Shown one piece after another: positions 17,171-31,756 of a stretch of DNA of 64,000 nucleotides. Source of the stretch: Eledone cirrhosa (lineage: Eukaryota); assembly GCA_964016885.1 (NCBI GenBank), contig OZ024741.1, forward strand, positions 30,814,001 to 30,878,000, in the 5' to 3' direction. The translations under genes were made by a program, and so were the position numbers. Under the pieces are notes generated by a model. It was not told the DNA's origin, searched no databases, and was given only the letters and a program-made list of their open reading frames with translations. How positions within the stretch are numbered: position 1 is the stretch's first letter; every line of letters starts with the position of its first letter.

Positions 17171-17639
17171 TGAATTGACACATGAAAGATGTGTTCTATA
17201 TCTATATAGTATGTACATCATTACTTTGCTATCTTTAAAAGCAGTTGGTACACAGTAACAAAGTAAATTACAAACAAGATAGAGGTTCCAACGTCTCCCT
17301 GTTTCACCCCATTTTTAATATGATAGTGTGCAGCCAAAACTTATGTGCGATTTCATTGCATCTTAGCTATATTTACACAATTATTCGGACAGCCTTATCT
17401 TACCTGAATGGTAACAAAGCATCTACCTTGTGAACGTCTACTGTGAACGTCTTAAGACGGCTACATACTACAAAAACATACATAAATACGAGGGCCGACG
17501 TTTTCAACCGCCACTCCCATGGGCGTAAATGCAACCTATATAATATTCCCAGCACTTAATATAAAAAATGTATTTCTATAACATATTTGCAACACACCAA
17601 ACCGGGAACTAAAAACAGCTCTTCTACAAATCTCTAACC

Positions 17640-19500
17640 ATTCTAGTATCTATCAAGAACCAAATAAATCGTTTAGGTAAACATCCCGCTATATCTTTCC
17701 AGCCCACATAATATATTTCCCATAATAGAAGAATTGGCTCCTATTTTAAGATAGATATCCGTATAATATATTCCATTACACCTCCTAAAATAACGCCGTC
17801 TAAGATTTTTCAGGCCACAAGCATCAGAGAAATTCCATGTACACAACGTCGTGTCTATCACTTTCAAAGAGTGAGCCGATTCAATCCTGAGGAATGTTTC
17901 TGTAAACCAAAAATATCTAATCATTTTATTAAGCAAAAAGATTACCACCGATTTTATAATTCCCACCAATTTAAAGAATTTCTGCAGTTATATCATCTAT
18001 TCCTGGCGATTTACTGCAATTTAGTTTTTGTAAAGATTTTTTTTATTTCTTGTATCTTGTGGAGGCACGTGGCCTAGTGGTAAAGGTGTTGGGCTTACGA
18101 TTATAACGACATGGGTTTGATTCCTAGGCTGTTATGGGTTGCATGTTGTGTTCTTGAGTAAAACACTTCATTTCACGTTGCTCCAGTGTACTCAGCTGAA
18201 ATTAGTACTAGCAATAGCTGGGGTTTTAACCCTGCGATGGAATGGCGTCCTGTCCATGGGGGAATGGTCTTGCACACTCAGTCACATCACGCCATGAAAC
18301 CGGAATAAGCACAGGCTTGTTGAGCCTGTGGTTTGAGAAAGACTTTTTTAGATCATAGGAATACTATCTAATCCTGTTATAATTCAAAGTAAAGTTACTT
18401 GATCAATTACAGACATGTCACATGTTGAGGATCTGTTTGCTATTACCATGTAGTGTTCTAGCCAACACCTTTGAAAAGATACTGTGTCTCTGTGAAGTAT
18501 CCTCTATTTCAAGGCTGAATCTTTACAATCTTAGACATAGAGTGGCCAAACAATGCACGTGTATAACTAAAAGGATTATGTATCCTTTTGATCTACAGCA
18601 GCCTGTGCCTTTCATATGCCATTATTTTCCACCAATTATATTTAATAAAACGAATTTTCTGTTGAACAGTTCCTTTGATGTTCTTGTATTTATGGCTTAT
18701 ATTTCGATTAATGGATGTATCCAACCCAGCATTTAGTAGGGCTTTATAGACCTCATACTTGATACACAGTAGAAGATATATCTGTTCGTAATTATGATAA
18801 AGAAATCTTGAGATTTTCTTTCTGAAATCCAAGATCAGATAAAGTTTCATTATACACCTTTTCTTTAAACTCCAACATCAAATTTTGAGGATTGAAATTA
18901 ACAGTGTTTACTGTATTACCAACTTATGTCTGTTTAACAGTACATCTGAAGGCTCCTACATCTGGGCACTTGGGTAATTGTTAATTGTGAAGCAGTCATA
19001 CATATTTTCGCTCTTATGTGTAGATTGATATCTTTTAGAAAACTACCAGAATTAGCTTCAGATGTTGTGCTCTGAGTTCTAGACAGGATCCACATGAATA
19101 CAAATCAACGTTGATAACATTTCCATAGGCACATCGATTATACATACAAACATATATAAAGACATTCAGCTATTGTAATTACTGCTTCTTAGAGCTCATA
19201 ATCTTTACTCATCACCTAAATCATCAACTTCAATTTCCTCTCTTTATTACAATTCATCGACTTTATTCGCAGTTATTTCAGATATTTAAATTAACAGAAA
19301 AAGTAAATAACAATCAGCAACACATCTTTGCTGACATCTAACAATTCAAGTTTTTGAATTGCATTTCCTCAATTTTCATTAACTTCTTTCATACATTTTC
19401 AGTTTGCTTCCAATCATCAATGACGTTAGTCTATTTTTTTTCTAATTTTAATTCGATAAAATGACGCCTGTGATTGTTTTTATACCTGAAGAATGACGCC
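17640..19500 (-). pseudogene. decayed LINE (RTE-like) EN-RT linker and RT start, interrupted by a SINE
   Basis: Minus-strand LQKLNCSKSPGIDDITAEIL*IGG at about 17960-18035. The extent beyond 18350 is weakly supported. Confidence 0.55.
18061..18345 (+). mobile_element. SINE family 2 (tRNA-derived, CORE-like domain)
   Basis: Head ggaggcacgtggcctagtggta, B-box-like ggtttgattcc, then tgtgttcttgagtaaaacactt. Confidence 0.8.
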
Positions 19501-20707
19501 TTTCGTTTTCATTATTCGTATAAATTCCAGCTTTATGGTTAATTATTCATTTAGCACTCCATATCCCTACTACAGCATTTAATGTTACAAGAATTAGCAA
19601 AATAAAGGCGAAATACAAATAGAAATTGGAAATGAAATGTCCTTTTCATTACATTAAAGATGTAATGTTTATTACCTTTCACTGTGGAATGATATGATTA
19701 CAATCTGGAATATATATAGTACACACATATATATGTATATATATATATATATATATATACACTAATATATACACATGCATACACACACATATGTATATAT
19801 ATATATATATATATATATTTATTTATTTTACGCACATATACGTATATATATTTTATACACAGGTTATGCCAACATACACATACAGATGTTTTACAAAGAA
19901 ACGTACGCTTATATTTGCTTGTGGTGTGTGTGGTGTGAGTATGTGTACAAGTGTGTGTATGTATAAGTATGCTTGAATGTACGTGTGTGTATGTGTATGT
20001 GTTGGTGTGTGTATTCGTTTTAAATTTTCTGTTTTGTACAAGAAATAAATAGAAAAATATATTTCAGCTGCGTCATTGTTTCTCTAAGTAGCGATTGACA
20101 AACAAGTTGGCATATATTGTATTGTTTGAAAATAATAGATAGACTTATTCCTAGCGAATATCGCCGTCATTTTGTGTGAATGCTAGAGCTACATTTCAAT
20201 AAGAATCATTCTGTCGTAGTTACACTCATTCATTTGATCCTTCTTTTCATTGTTTCTTTCTTATGACAGCATTTATCTCTTTCTCGTCTCTTTTCATCAT
20301 TATTATTATTTTCTTTTTCTGAAGAATCAAATTGTTATAAAAAAAATAGCTATTTTACATTAGATTAAATTTTTTGGCATTCTTGATAAAATAGCTTAAA
20401 ATGACATTAAAATACGTAAAGTTAGCTGAATTGATCAAAGATTTACATTACGTTTATGCTGAAATATATTAAAAATAAGCATGATTAATTTAACTGTTTG
20501 CTTTTTATATATTCTTGTCTGTCGTAAGGACATTATATGTAATCAAGCCCTATTGTAGTATTAACAATTCTAATACACCAAATTGTCATATTTTACATTG
20601 ATACAAAACGATGATTTGAAAATAATTGAGAATTGCTTTACTAGAATTATAGCAAGTAGTATGTGATTTATAAAATGTATGAGCACTGAATCATAATTAT
20701 AAACACA

Positions 20708-20748
<41 letters not shown>

Positions 20749-21000
20749 ACACACATCTCTCTCTCTCACACACACACACATATATATATATGATATTGGT
20801 TAATAATCGAAGTTGTAGCCGCAATATAGCAGTTTCTAAACGAATTATTTGAGGCGGTCACCAATCACTCAAGGAGTATAACATGTACATATACATATGT
20901 ATATCTATACACATCCGCAACCCCGTACACCCCACATACACACACACACACACATATATACATGGATGGATACAATTTGAAACTGGTTCGTTCATTATTC

Positions 21001-21131
21001 AATAGAGTACTCGATATTTGGAGTTATAAAGAGTCAGTACTTGACGGCTGAGCTCTTGCCGTTTCAACAGATAGTTCCAGAAAACCAGTTGAAACAGCAA
21101 AACTTTGGCGTCAGGAGCCGACTCTTTATAA
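21001..21131 (-). mobile_element. diverged family A fold-back element
   Basis: gacggctgagctcttgccgtttc ... gaaacagc ... gactctttata palindrome similar to 22200-22330. Confidence 0.55.
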
Positions 21132-22031
21132 TGATGATTTCCTTTGAATGAAACAGTTCTAGTCCTGTACAAACCATTTCTATATTGCATTTGTTGTATA
21201 CACTCTACTAATGTATTGTGTATCTTACTTACTGTAGTTACCCTTGGTTGAACCCGGGACTCTCTCCCTCACCCCCCCCCCTCTCTCTCACACACACACA
21301 CACACACACAAATATGTATATATATATATATATATATGGTGGTGCAGATGTCTATGGATGTACATACGTCCTCTTGGATTGTCAATCAGCCCCTAAGAAA
21401 CACTGATTGATAGTATTACTATTTTTTTGTTTTTATTTTATTCTTTTCCGAACTAGATGCCTCCAAATCATCTCTTCCGGACGAAAATTTCGAAAATCAA
21501 ATTTGTTTTTCTCTAGGATGCACCGTTCTGGAGGCTTTTTAGAACATACAATTATGTATACACACATCCACTCTCAAATATCGAGTATATATATATTAGG
21601 TGAGTCAGATTTGTAGTTTACTGAGGAAGGTACAAATATTAGCACTGTACGCTATAGAAGAGTGTATATATCGAAACACTTTCAGAATTGAGGTTTACAT
21701 TGATTAGGCACAGATGGGATTCTGGTTTGGCTTAATTAACAAGTCTAATGACCAGGTTGGGCTGGAGTCTGGTTTATATCATTGATATGGATCCCGAACC
21801 AACCGTCTATGAAACGTTCTTAACTGATCCGAATGAATAAAAATCTCAATTAGAAACTGCGTTTTGTTCTTATTGAACCTAATTAGAACATTACTCAACA
21901 GAGTACACAACACTTGGAGTAGTAGAGTATAGCTATATTATAAAATGTTTGGAACCAATTGTTGTGACAGCAAAAGCTCAGCCGTCGGGACCCGACTCAT
22001 TATATTATAATATATATATATATATATATAA

Positions 22032-22067
<36 letters not shown>

Positions 22068-22122
22068 TCTCTTTCTCTCTCTCAAACACGTACATATATA
22101 AATAAATATATATATATATATA

Positions 22123-22326
22123 TAATGAAGGAAGTGTGGTAAAGAACCAGGTGGACCATAACGCAACAGAGTAGTTGATACTTAGGGTAGTAGAGAGAGG
22201 GTAATAGGAAAAGAGTCAGGACCCCGACCGCTGAGCTCCGGCCGTTTTGACAGCTAGATCTGAACTAGCTAGATTCGGATCTAGCTTTCGAAACGGCCGG
22301 AGTTCAGCCGTCGACGTCCTGACTCT

Positions 22327-22331
<5 letters not shown>
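22123..22331 (-). mobile_element. family A fold-back element
   Basis: Reverse-complement homologue of 1640-1841 with a different palindrome centre. TA-flanked. Confidence 0.8.
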
Positions 22332-22374
<43 letters not shown>

Positions 22375-22378
<4 letters not shown>

Positions 22379-22611
22379 GGAAAATGAAACGAAATTTCAT
22401 TTCCCACTCTTAGTACGGCTGTTACTTAAATATAAGTATGTACACGTACATACATATATGTATACAGACGTACAGTAGTATGTATATATATATACATACA
22501 TGCACACATATATATATGCACGTATGGATTCACCGAACATTTATTATAATGCTCGGTGTGTTTGTAAAAAAACAAACATCCCGTATTAAACCGTAGTGTC
22601 CAGCAACCATC

Positions 22612-22612
<1 letters not shown>
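22375..22612 (-). mobile_element. partial family B unit (no HHR)
   Basis: Matches 2325-2395 joined to 1955-2130, i.e. it spans the unit junction. Confidence 0.85.
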
Positions 22613-22709
<97 letters not shown>

Positions 22710-23318
22710 TTATATATATTTATATATATAATTTGAAATATCGAAAGGAAACGCAAACCGCAAGTAGATTTCCCATGTGAAAACGCATCAGACGAATGTT
22801 TGTTCTGTGATAGAATTAATTTGTTACCCGCTTTAACAACACTGCTTGATACTACATAAGTTTATCGAAGCCCATTTTATTCTATATATTTGCTACTTGT
22901 TTCTGATTTGAGGATTCAATATGGTGCGAAATTTCTGTCTCCTACTAGACTTTAAAGAAAAAAAAAACATCTATAATTTACTTACACTAAATATTAACAA
23001 AAACAAAACCTGATGATTCAAAACAAAATTATATCAGGTCCCGTTGTTATTCCGCCAAGGTCATTATTACCGAAGGGACACAAACCACGGTTTTCGGTAA
23101 AAGAAACTACACTGATAACAATATAAAATCGTAATTGTGTGTCAGATGTGTTTAGTCAACCAGAGCGTAGTATCGACGCATAAATTTACATATAATGTGA
23201 TAGGCACTGTAACATTTTAAAACTGGAATTTGGTTGAATGTCTATTGTAACATTTTATAGATTGCATGTAACATAAAAGCCGGAAGCAACAACTTATATC
23301 CCACCTGCTCTCTATATA

Positions 23319-24041
<723 letters not shown>

Positions 24042-24048
<7 letters not shown>

Positions 24049-24762
24049 TTGGTGCTCTGAAATACCGATATATATATGAATGTATATATAGTGTATTTTG
24101 CAATACAATGTATGCTTAATTAAAAGCATTTCGGAGACCTTACGCTATTGTTTTAGAGTAGTGACAGTCTCACTTACTTTAATTTTCAGCTAACAGGGGA
24201 GGTAAAGTTGACAGAGCTCTGTTTTGCACTTTTTGGTGCTTATCAAAGCTAAGTACTCCGCCTGTTTGCTGAAAATCATTAATGTTTGATTCTTATAGAA
24301 TTCTAGTAATAATCAGGAAATGATTATACAGAGCAATTGTCGGTCAAACAGAAATTGAAAATTAGAATTGGTACAATAGCGTAAGGTCTTCGAAATGCTT
24401 TTGATTAAGCGTACAGTGTATTGCAAAATACACTTTATATACGTTCATATATATATATATCGCTATTTCAGAGCAACAATTCTAATTTTCAATTTCTGCT
24501 TGACCGGCAATTGCTTTGTATATTCTGTTCCTGATTATTACTAAAATTTTATAAGAATCAAACATTCATGATTTTCAGCAAACAGGTTGAGTACTTAGCT
24601 TTGATAAGCACCAAAAAGTGCAAAACAGAGCTCTGTCAGCTTTACCTCCACTGTTAGCTGAAAATTAAAATAAGTGAGACTGTCACTAAAACAATAGCGT
24701 AAGGTCTTCGAAATGCTTTTAATTAAGCATACAGTGTATTGCAAAATACACTATATATACAT
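24042..24762. mobile_element. family C (319-bp unit) non-coding HHR element, inverted arrangement
   Basis: attagaattggt recurs at 24042 and 24361. 24373-24762 is the reverse-complement, permuted unit. Homologues at 31450 and 54525. Confidence 0.85.
24597..24641 (+). ncRNA. family C hammerhead, U3-A8 core, G12 mutated
   Basis: agct TTGATAA gcac caaaaa gtgc AAAA C-agagctct-G TC agct. Mirror copy at 24206-24250. Confidence 0.62.
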
Positions 24763-24900
24763 TTATATATATATATATATATATCCAGGTAAAACTTGAA
24801 CAGTTAAGGTCTCATTCCTGGATATGTCAATATTTATAAAATAAGCTTTGTATTTTATCTGATGAGGGCGTACCAAAGTTTTTCCATTTATTAATATCAT

Positions 24901-24939
<39 letters not shown>

Positions 24940-24959
24940 ATATGTGTGTGAGTGTATAT

Positions 24960-25331
24960 GTCTATCTAGGGCGGGTAAAATTCCCGAGATCCATGGACGA
25001 GTTCTCTCCATCGGTCTCTGTCCCTCATTATCGCTGCCATGTCCTGCGTCACCAACAGACCAGTTTCTGTCCTTAGGGCATCAACATATGATAACCTCGG
25101 TCTACCTCTTCCAGTGTGTCCATGTAAGGGCTCCCACAGGAGCACTGAGTGCAATATCAACTCTGGATGTCGGTGAGCATGTCCAACTAACCTCAGTCTC
25201 TTCTGTGTCACTTTTGAGCTGACATTTGGGATGCTCCCATACAGCTCTGAGTTTTTCATCCTCAGTGTATACTGATTAATGTTCAGAGCCATCCTCAGCA
25301 TTCTCATGTAGCACCCATCCATCATCTGAGC
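24960..25331 (-). mobile_element. 3' end of RTE LINE (non-inverted part of the inverted insertion)
   Basis: AQMMDGCYMRMLRMALNI...RLRLVGHAHRH...GRGRP...DRDRWRELV...*, followed by a tagataga tail. Confidence 0.9.
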
Positions 25332-28231
25332 GATGTCCTGGGTATGAGATTAAACTACATCCAGTGACAAGGCTCCAGTTAGGGAGTCCAGGAGTTGTGG
25401 GGAATGTGGAGTTACCTCTTAGTTGTCATAACTCCCAGGTCTGCTCTGGCCCGGAGTAGTAGTACCGGTTAGGGCTCCGCTTATGGGTTAAATAACTACC
25501 TTATTCGAGTGGCGCCGGTAAGGTATTGTCAGCCATTGAAAAGAAATATGGAGAGTCGAACTCACAGCACTAGGGTTAGAGCCCCTAATTACACTGTCAA
25601 GAAGCAGTATGGACGTTATGACACTGCTGGCTTAGAGCCACAGAGCGGGCCAGTGGATGATGGATCAGCATCTCTGAGACAAATATAAAGAATGCAGTTT
25701 TGTCCTGCAGAAGAGCCATGAAAATGGGCACTTTGAATGTGACGACTATTCGGACGCTGGAGAAGAGAGAGGAGTTGGGACATCTGTTCGAGGAGAGAGC
25801 TATACAGATACTTGCGATCCAAGAACACAAGATCCTAAACGATGAGCCCGTGAGGAGTGTGATGATTGGGATGAGGAGCCAGCTCATCATCCCATCAGGA
25901 GTCAGGAACATGACTAATGCTGCTTTGGGAGGAGTGGGTTTAGTTTTCAGCACAAAAACCAGTCTATTGATGAGGGAAATAATGCTTGTCTCCCCGAGAG
26001 TGTTGAGGGTGACCTTCAATGGAAATCTAAAACTGACAGTCATCTCAGCCTATGGTCCAACCGAGGAAGACAGTGGTGTGGATGCAGAAGAGTTCCATGA
26101 GGAAGTGTGTAAAGCTGTCAACACCACTCAAACACGCAACATCCTGCTTTTTGGGGGGACTTCAATGCACATCTGAGTAAGGAGGGCAGTGAAGAGCCTT
26201 GCTGGTACTTCCATAACAACACCAACCAAAATGGAAGACTACTGAGAGACACCCTGCTGGAGGCGAACTTGATAGCGACCAACCTAGGGTTTAGGGAGAA
26301 TCTGGGGAAGATGTGGACCTACATCTCAGATATGCACCTGTCCATGTCCCAGATTGATTTCATTCTGGTGAGGAAAAATAGGCGGAATAGAGTTCAGAAC
26401 AAAGAACCATACAACTATTTCAGTACACTGGGTAGTGACCACCTTCTTGTTATGTGTGAGGTCCGGGTGAGCTTAAGAAAGTCAAGGCTGAGCCCCGGAG
26501 AGCAATCTATGACCGGGGAGCTTTCAAGGAAGATGATAAGCTACAGGAGAGGTTCACAGTGGAAGTGAGGAACAGGTTCAGTGCTCTGTGTGGAGAGAGA
26601 TAGGAGAGAAAGATTGGATGTACTGAGGAGAGTGTGACAAGGAGGTCCGGGCACTTCACCAATGCAGTGGCGGAAGCAAGTGAAACCCTGGTGCCGAGGA
26701 AAAGGAACAAAAGGAAGCACATCAGCTCTGCAAACCCAAAAGTGTGTGCAGCCAGAGAACACCTGAAAGCTGCCAAGGACCAATTCTATGCTGATCCTAC
26801 GGAGGTGATGAGGGAAGAACTCTGTACCGCTTAGACTGAGGCCAGAGAGGAGGCACTGATAGAGAAGATCAGAAGTGTGGAGAGAGCGGTTGACAGATCT
26901 GGATGTAGGGAGAGCTGGATGATCATCAACAAGATCACAGGGAGGAAGAGATGGTGTTCGAGTCAGATCCAGGGAACGGGGCCCGAGGATAGGAAAAGGA
27001 AATGGCTAGACCATTTTAGGACTCTCCACATCCCAGAGCACTGGGGAGATAAGGCGGCTGTTTGAGGAACTGGATATTGAGACAGAGCCCTTCACCAGAG
27101 AGGAGCTTCAGAGAGCCAAGAAGAGGATCGAGGAGGGTAGGGCTCATTGAGAAGATGGAGTGACATCAGAGGTGATGAAGAGGTGTGATTTTGATGATAT
27201 TACCCTGGGGTTCTGTAACCAGGCACTGGAGAAAGGAGTTGCCCCGAATCAGTGGAGGATCAGTAACATCGTTCCAGTGCCAAGAAAAGGGAGATCTCTC
27301 TAACACCAACAACTACAGGGGGATATCACTGACGTCACTTGTGGCAAAGACCCTCATCAGAATGATTCTTAACAGGATCCAGCCTGAGATGGAGAAGAAG
27401 CTCAGGGACAACCAGAACGGCTTCAGAGCAAGATCAACCACCAGTCACATCCTGATGCTGAGGAGGATATTAGAGGGAGCTAGAGCAAAGTGCCTTCCTG
27501 CGGTCATGGTTTTCATTGACTTTAGGAAGGCCTTTGATTCTGTGGACCGTCACTGCTTGATGAAGATCTTACAGCCTTATGGAATCCCCAAGAAGATAGT
27601 GGACCTGATATCACCGCTCTACACCAACACCAAAGCCCAAGTCATTACACCTGATGGGATGACAGAGTTCTTTTAGATACTGGCTGGAGTGCTCCAGGGA
27701 GATACATTGGCTCCCTACCTTTTTATCAACGTAGTGGACTATTGTATGCCCCTTGCACTGGAGAAACACCAGGACTCTGGCTTTACTGTAGCACCGGCTC
27801 AGAGCAGGAGATAAGGCGAAAAAGGTATCAGATGCTGAATTTGCCGACGACATAGTTTTGGTGACAAATACAGTGAAGGAGGCAGAGGATTTGATGCAGG
27901 AGGTTGAGACTGTGTCGATGAGTGTGGGTCTGAGAATGAATGAGACCAAAACAAAATATCTTGTAGAGAATGTTGAGAAGCCAGAGGGGATTAATAATGT
28001 AGGCGGGATGCCGCTGGAATTGGTTGAGAACTTCCTGTATATGGGAGCAAAGATTGGGAATACAGAAAATGATGTGGTTGAGAGGAAGCGCAAAGCCTGG
28101 GCGGCGTGCCACAGTTTGAGATCGCTGTGGAAGTCAAACCTTCGTAAAGACCTGAAAATCCGCCTCTTCATTGTTGTAGTGGAGTCTGTGCTGCTGTATG
28201 GGTCTGAGACTTGGACACTGACTAAGAAACT
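25332..28231 (+). mobile_element. RTE-clade LINE: 5'UTR, APE endonuclease and RT (pseudogenised)
   Basis: [73 protein letters not shown]. Multiple stops and frameshifts. Confidence 0.93.
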
Positions 28232-28234
28232 ATG

Positions 28235-28388
<154 letters not shown>

Positions 28389-29596
28389 AAGAATGAATAA
28401 TAATAGGTAGACATCATAAAAAGGTAATTTATTCCGTGTGCTTACAAGTGTTTCCACGGTGGTCCTGCAGCCTAGTTATGCTACGTGCAAATTCACAAGT
28501 ACTTGCAGAACTCGAATATCCAATGCTGTGACCACTGTTTCCTCAGAGCAGAATGGTAAATGTACAATGTAAATACCCTTAAGTGGGGTTGTTGGGGAAG
28601 ATAGAGTAGAAAAGGAAGAGAGAAAAGTAGGGAAGAGGGAGAGAGAAAGAAAGATATGCAGGGGTTGGAGAAGTAGGAGAGAGTGGCTTGTAGATATCTT
28701 AATCAAAATGTTATGGCAGGGGTTTTATTATACTGGTTACTTTTGGAAAGATGCGTTGATAGTTAAGGTCGGAATTATTTATTGCCCCAGAGGGCAGGTT
28801 CATAGATGTTGAGAGGGAGGTAGGTCAAAGGTGAGAGAGAGAGAGAGAGTGTAATGGATGTAGAGAGAGATAGGTAGAGAGGAGACAGACAAAGTATGTG
28901 TGGTGAGTGAACTTTGGGTTTGTAGTGGTAATCTAGGAATTGCACTGAGTTACCATGTATAGTGATAAGCAGTGTATTGTCTTGTAGTGTGGGGGGGAAG
29001 AGAAGGTTGTTAGCTAGAAAGTGGTGTTATAGTTACGGGTTCGAATGTTAAGTTATTTTATAGTGAGAGAATTTAGCTTTTAGTTTGTGGTTGCAGTATA
29101 ATGATCGTTCAATTCTATCGTTAAGTAGTTAGTTTTGGGATTTTAATATGTAAAAGAGCTCAAGGTTACATAACCTGCAGTACTTCAATCCACTCCGATA
29201 TGCACTTGCGCTGGAAAGTATATCCCATTTTAAGGTGAACTGTTGGTTGTGTTCACGGAGTTGCCAGGTCTTGTTGGTGAGCGTGGTCACAAAACGGTGA
29301 TTCGGATGTTTGATTGAGAATCGATGACGGTACCAGCGAGATTTAAACGATGTGGTGGTAGATCCGATATAATACCATTTCTGGTCGTTCGATTCAACCG
29401 TGCATTGGTAAACAATGTTGGACTTTAGGCATTTATTCTTCAATGGACATCTTTCAGGTAGATGGCAGTTACATTCGTTGTTGTGGGTAGCGGGTATACC
29501 ATGGATAGGTTGTGATAGCGGTACAGGTGGGTTGTGTAATACCTGTCTCCCATTTAGTGGTTGGGAGGCAGATATTGCGTTCTGCCCATCTGTATA

Positions 29597-30259
29597 TACA
29601 GCAAAATTCTGAACTCTAAAACTATTAGACTATCATACTCCACGGCACCAAACCTTGAAGCATACATAAAAAAACTTGACTCAAGGCAATTAAACAACTC
29701 TACAAAACAAAACATTTTAGTAACAGATGGGCAGAACGCAATATCTGCCTCCCAACCACTAAATGGGAGACGGGTATTACACAACCCACCTGTACCGCTA
29801 TCACAACCTATCCATGGTATACCCGCTACCCACAACAACGAATGTAACTGCCATCTACCTGAAAGATGTCCATTGAAGAATGAATGCCTAAAGTCCAACA
29901 TTGTTTACTTTGAATCGAACGACCAGAAATGGTATTATATCGGATCTACCACCACATCGTTTAAATCTCGCTGGTACCGTCATCGATTCTCAATCAAACA
30001 TCCGAATCACCGTTTTGTGACCACGCTCGCCAACAAGACCTGGCAACTCCGTGAACACAACCAACAGTTCACCTTAAAATGGGATATACTTTCCAGCGCA
30101 AGTGCATATCGGTGTGGATTGAAGTACTGCAGGTTATGTAACCTTGAGCTCTTTTACATATTAAAATCCCAAAACAAACTACTTAACGATAGAATTGAAC
30201 GATCATTATACTGCAACCACAAACTAAAAGCTAAATTCTCTCACTATAAAATAACTTAA
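29597..30259 (+). pseudogene. PLE GIY-YIG endonuclease domain (C-terminal fragment)
   Basis: KILNSKTIRLSYS, CNCHLPERCPLKNEC, NIVY...YYIG, FKSRWYRH, CRLCNLE, LLNDR, CNH. Confidence 0.88.
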
Positions 30260-30753
30260 CATTCGAACCCGTAACTATAACACCACTTTCTAGCTAACAA
30301 CCTTCTCTTCCCCCCACACTACAAGACAATACACTGCTTATCACTATACATGGTAACTCAGTGCAATTCCTAGATTACCACTACAAACCCAAAGTTCACT
30401 CACCACACATACTTTGTCTGTCTCCTCTCTACCTATCTCTCTCTACATCCATTACACTCTCTCTCTCTCTCACCTTTGACCTACCTCCCTCTCAACATCT
30501 ATGAACCTGCCCTCTGGGGCAATAAATAATTCCGACCTTAACTATCAACGCATCTTTCCAAAAGTAACCAGTATAATAAAACCCCTGCCATAACATTTTG
30601 ATTAAGATATCTACAAGCCACTCTCTCCTACTTCTCCAACCCCTGCATATCTTTCTTTCTCTCTCCCTCTTCCCTACTTTTCTCTCTTCCTTTTCTACTC
30701 TATCTTCCCCAACAACCCCACTTAAGGGTATTTACATTGTACATTTACCATTC

Positions 30754-30865
30754 TGCTCTGAGGAAACAGTGGTCACAGCATTGGATATTCGAGTTCTGCA
30801 AGTACTTGTGAATTTGCACGTAGCATAACTAGGCTGCAGGACCACCGTGGAAACACTTGTAAGCA
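30754..30865 (+). ncRNA. type I hammerhead with enlarged (85-nt) stem II domain
   Basis: tgct CTGAGGA a-acagtggtc...gaccaccgt-g GAAA C-actt-G TA agca. Matching mirror copy at 28439-28550 on the minus strand. Confidence 0.7.
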
Positions 30866-31058
30866 CACGGAATAAATTACCTTTTTATGATGTCTACCTG
30901 TTATTATTCATTCTTTATATACACTCCGGAATACTGAAGGATCAGGAACTAAGTTTCTTGAACAATTCTTCCATAACTCGTAGAGTAACCTCTTACCGTA
31001 CGTCAACCATATCCAGTGTAGTAATTAACCATTACTACATCTTGGATAATCCCATACC

Positions 31059-31116
<58 letters not shown>

Positions 31117-31449
31117 CATAAAACGATAACTTGTTATCCCATATATATATATTACATATAAGATAATGGGGTTATACTTTAAAAGGTATCTATGCCACAA
31201 CGAATGTTCCATATGTCTCAAGGGATGAAAATATTTTTATTTGAGTCCGCAGTTATAATAGTGCAGATCGTTAGTGCAGTCAGGTCTCTCATACCGATAA
31301 AGACTACGTGCCAATTATTTGTTAAACATATGTTTGGTAGAGAATAAAGAAGATTTATTTTCATTATGGGATAAATAATATACACACACACACATACATA
31401 CATACGCACTCACCCCCACCCCACCCCACCCACCCCCCACACACACATA

Positions 31450-31756
31450 TATATATATATGAATGTATGTATAGTATATTTAGCAATATACCGTATGTTT
31501 AATTAAAAACATTTAGAAGACCATACGCTATCACTTTTACAGTAGTGACTATGTCACTTAGCTGACAACCTGTTTCACGCTGGTTGGCGTTCATCAGAGC
31601 CACGTACTCCCCTGCTTTCGACGAAAATTATAGAAGCTGGATTCTTATAGAATTCCAGTAATAATCAGGAGCTTATTATACAGAGCATTGCCGGTCCAGC
31701 AAAATTAGGTATTAGGATTGGTGCTCTGAAATAGCGATGTATACATGAATGTATAC
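31450..31756 (-). mobile_element. diverged family C unit
   Basis: Collinear with 24075-24372 (gaagacc-tacgcta, agtagtgac, ttcttatagaattc-agtaataatcagga, attggtgctctgaaatagcga). Confidence 0.8.
31560..31601 (-). ncRNA. canonical type I hammerhead (family C, C3-G8 core)
   Basis: Minus strand: ggct CTGATGA acgc caacca gcgt GAAA CA-ggt-TG TC agct. Confidence 0.85.

Noticed and set aside
24855-24890. Hammerhead CTGATGA-gg gcgta cc-AAAG
   Set aside because: Lacks G12 and a pairing stem I. It may be a decayed copy but is not supportable.
25332-25520. HDV-like ribozyme in the RTE 5'UTR
   Set aside because: Known for some RTE elements, but I could not trace the nested double pseudoknot by eye. It needs a descriptor search.
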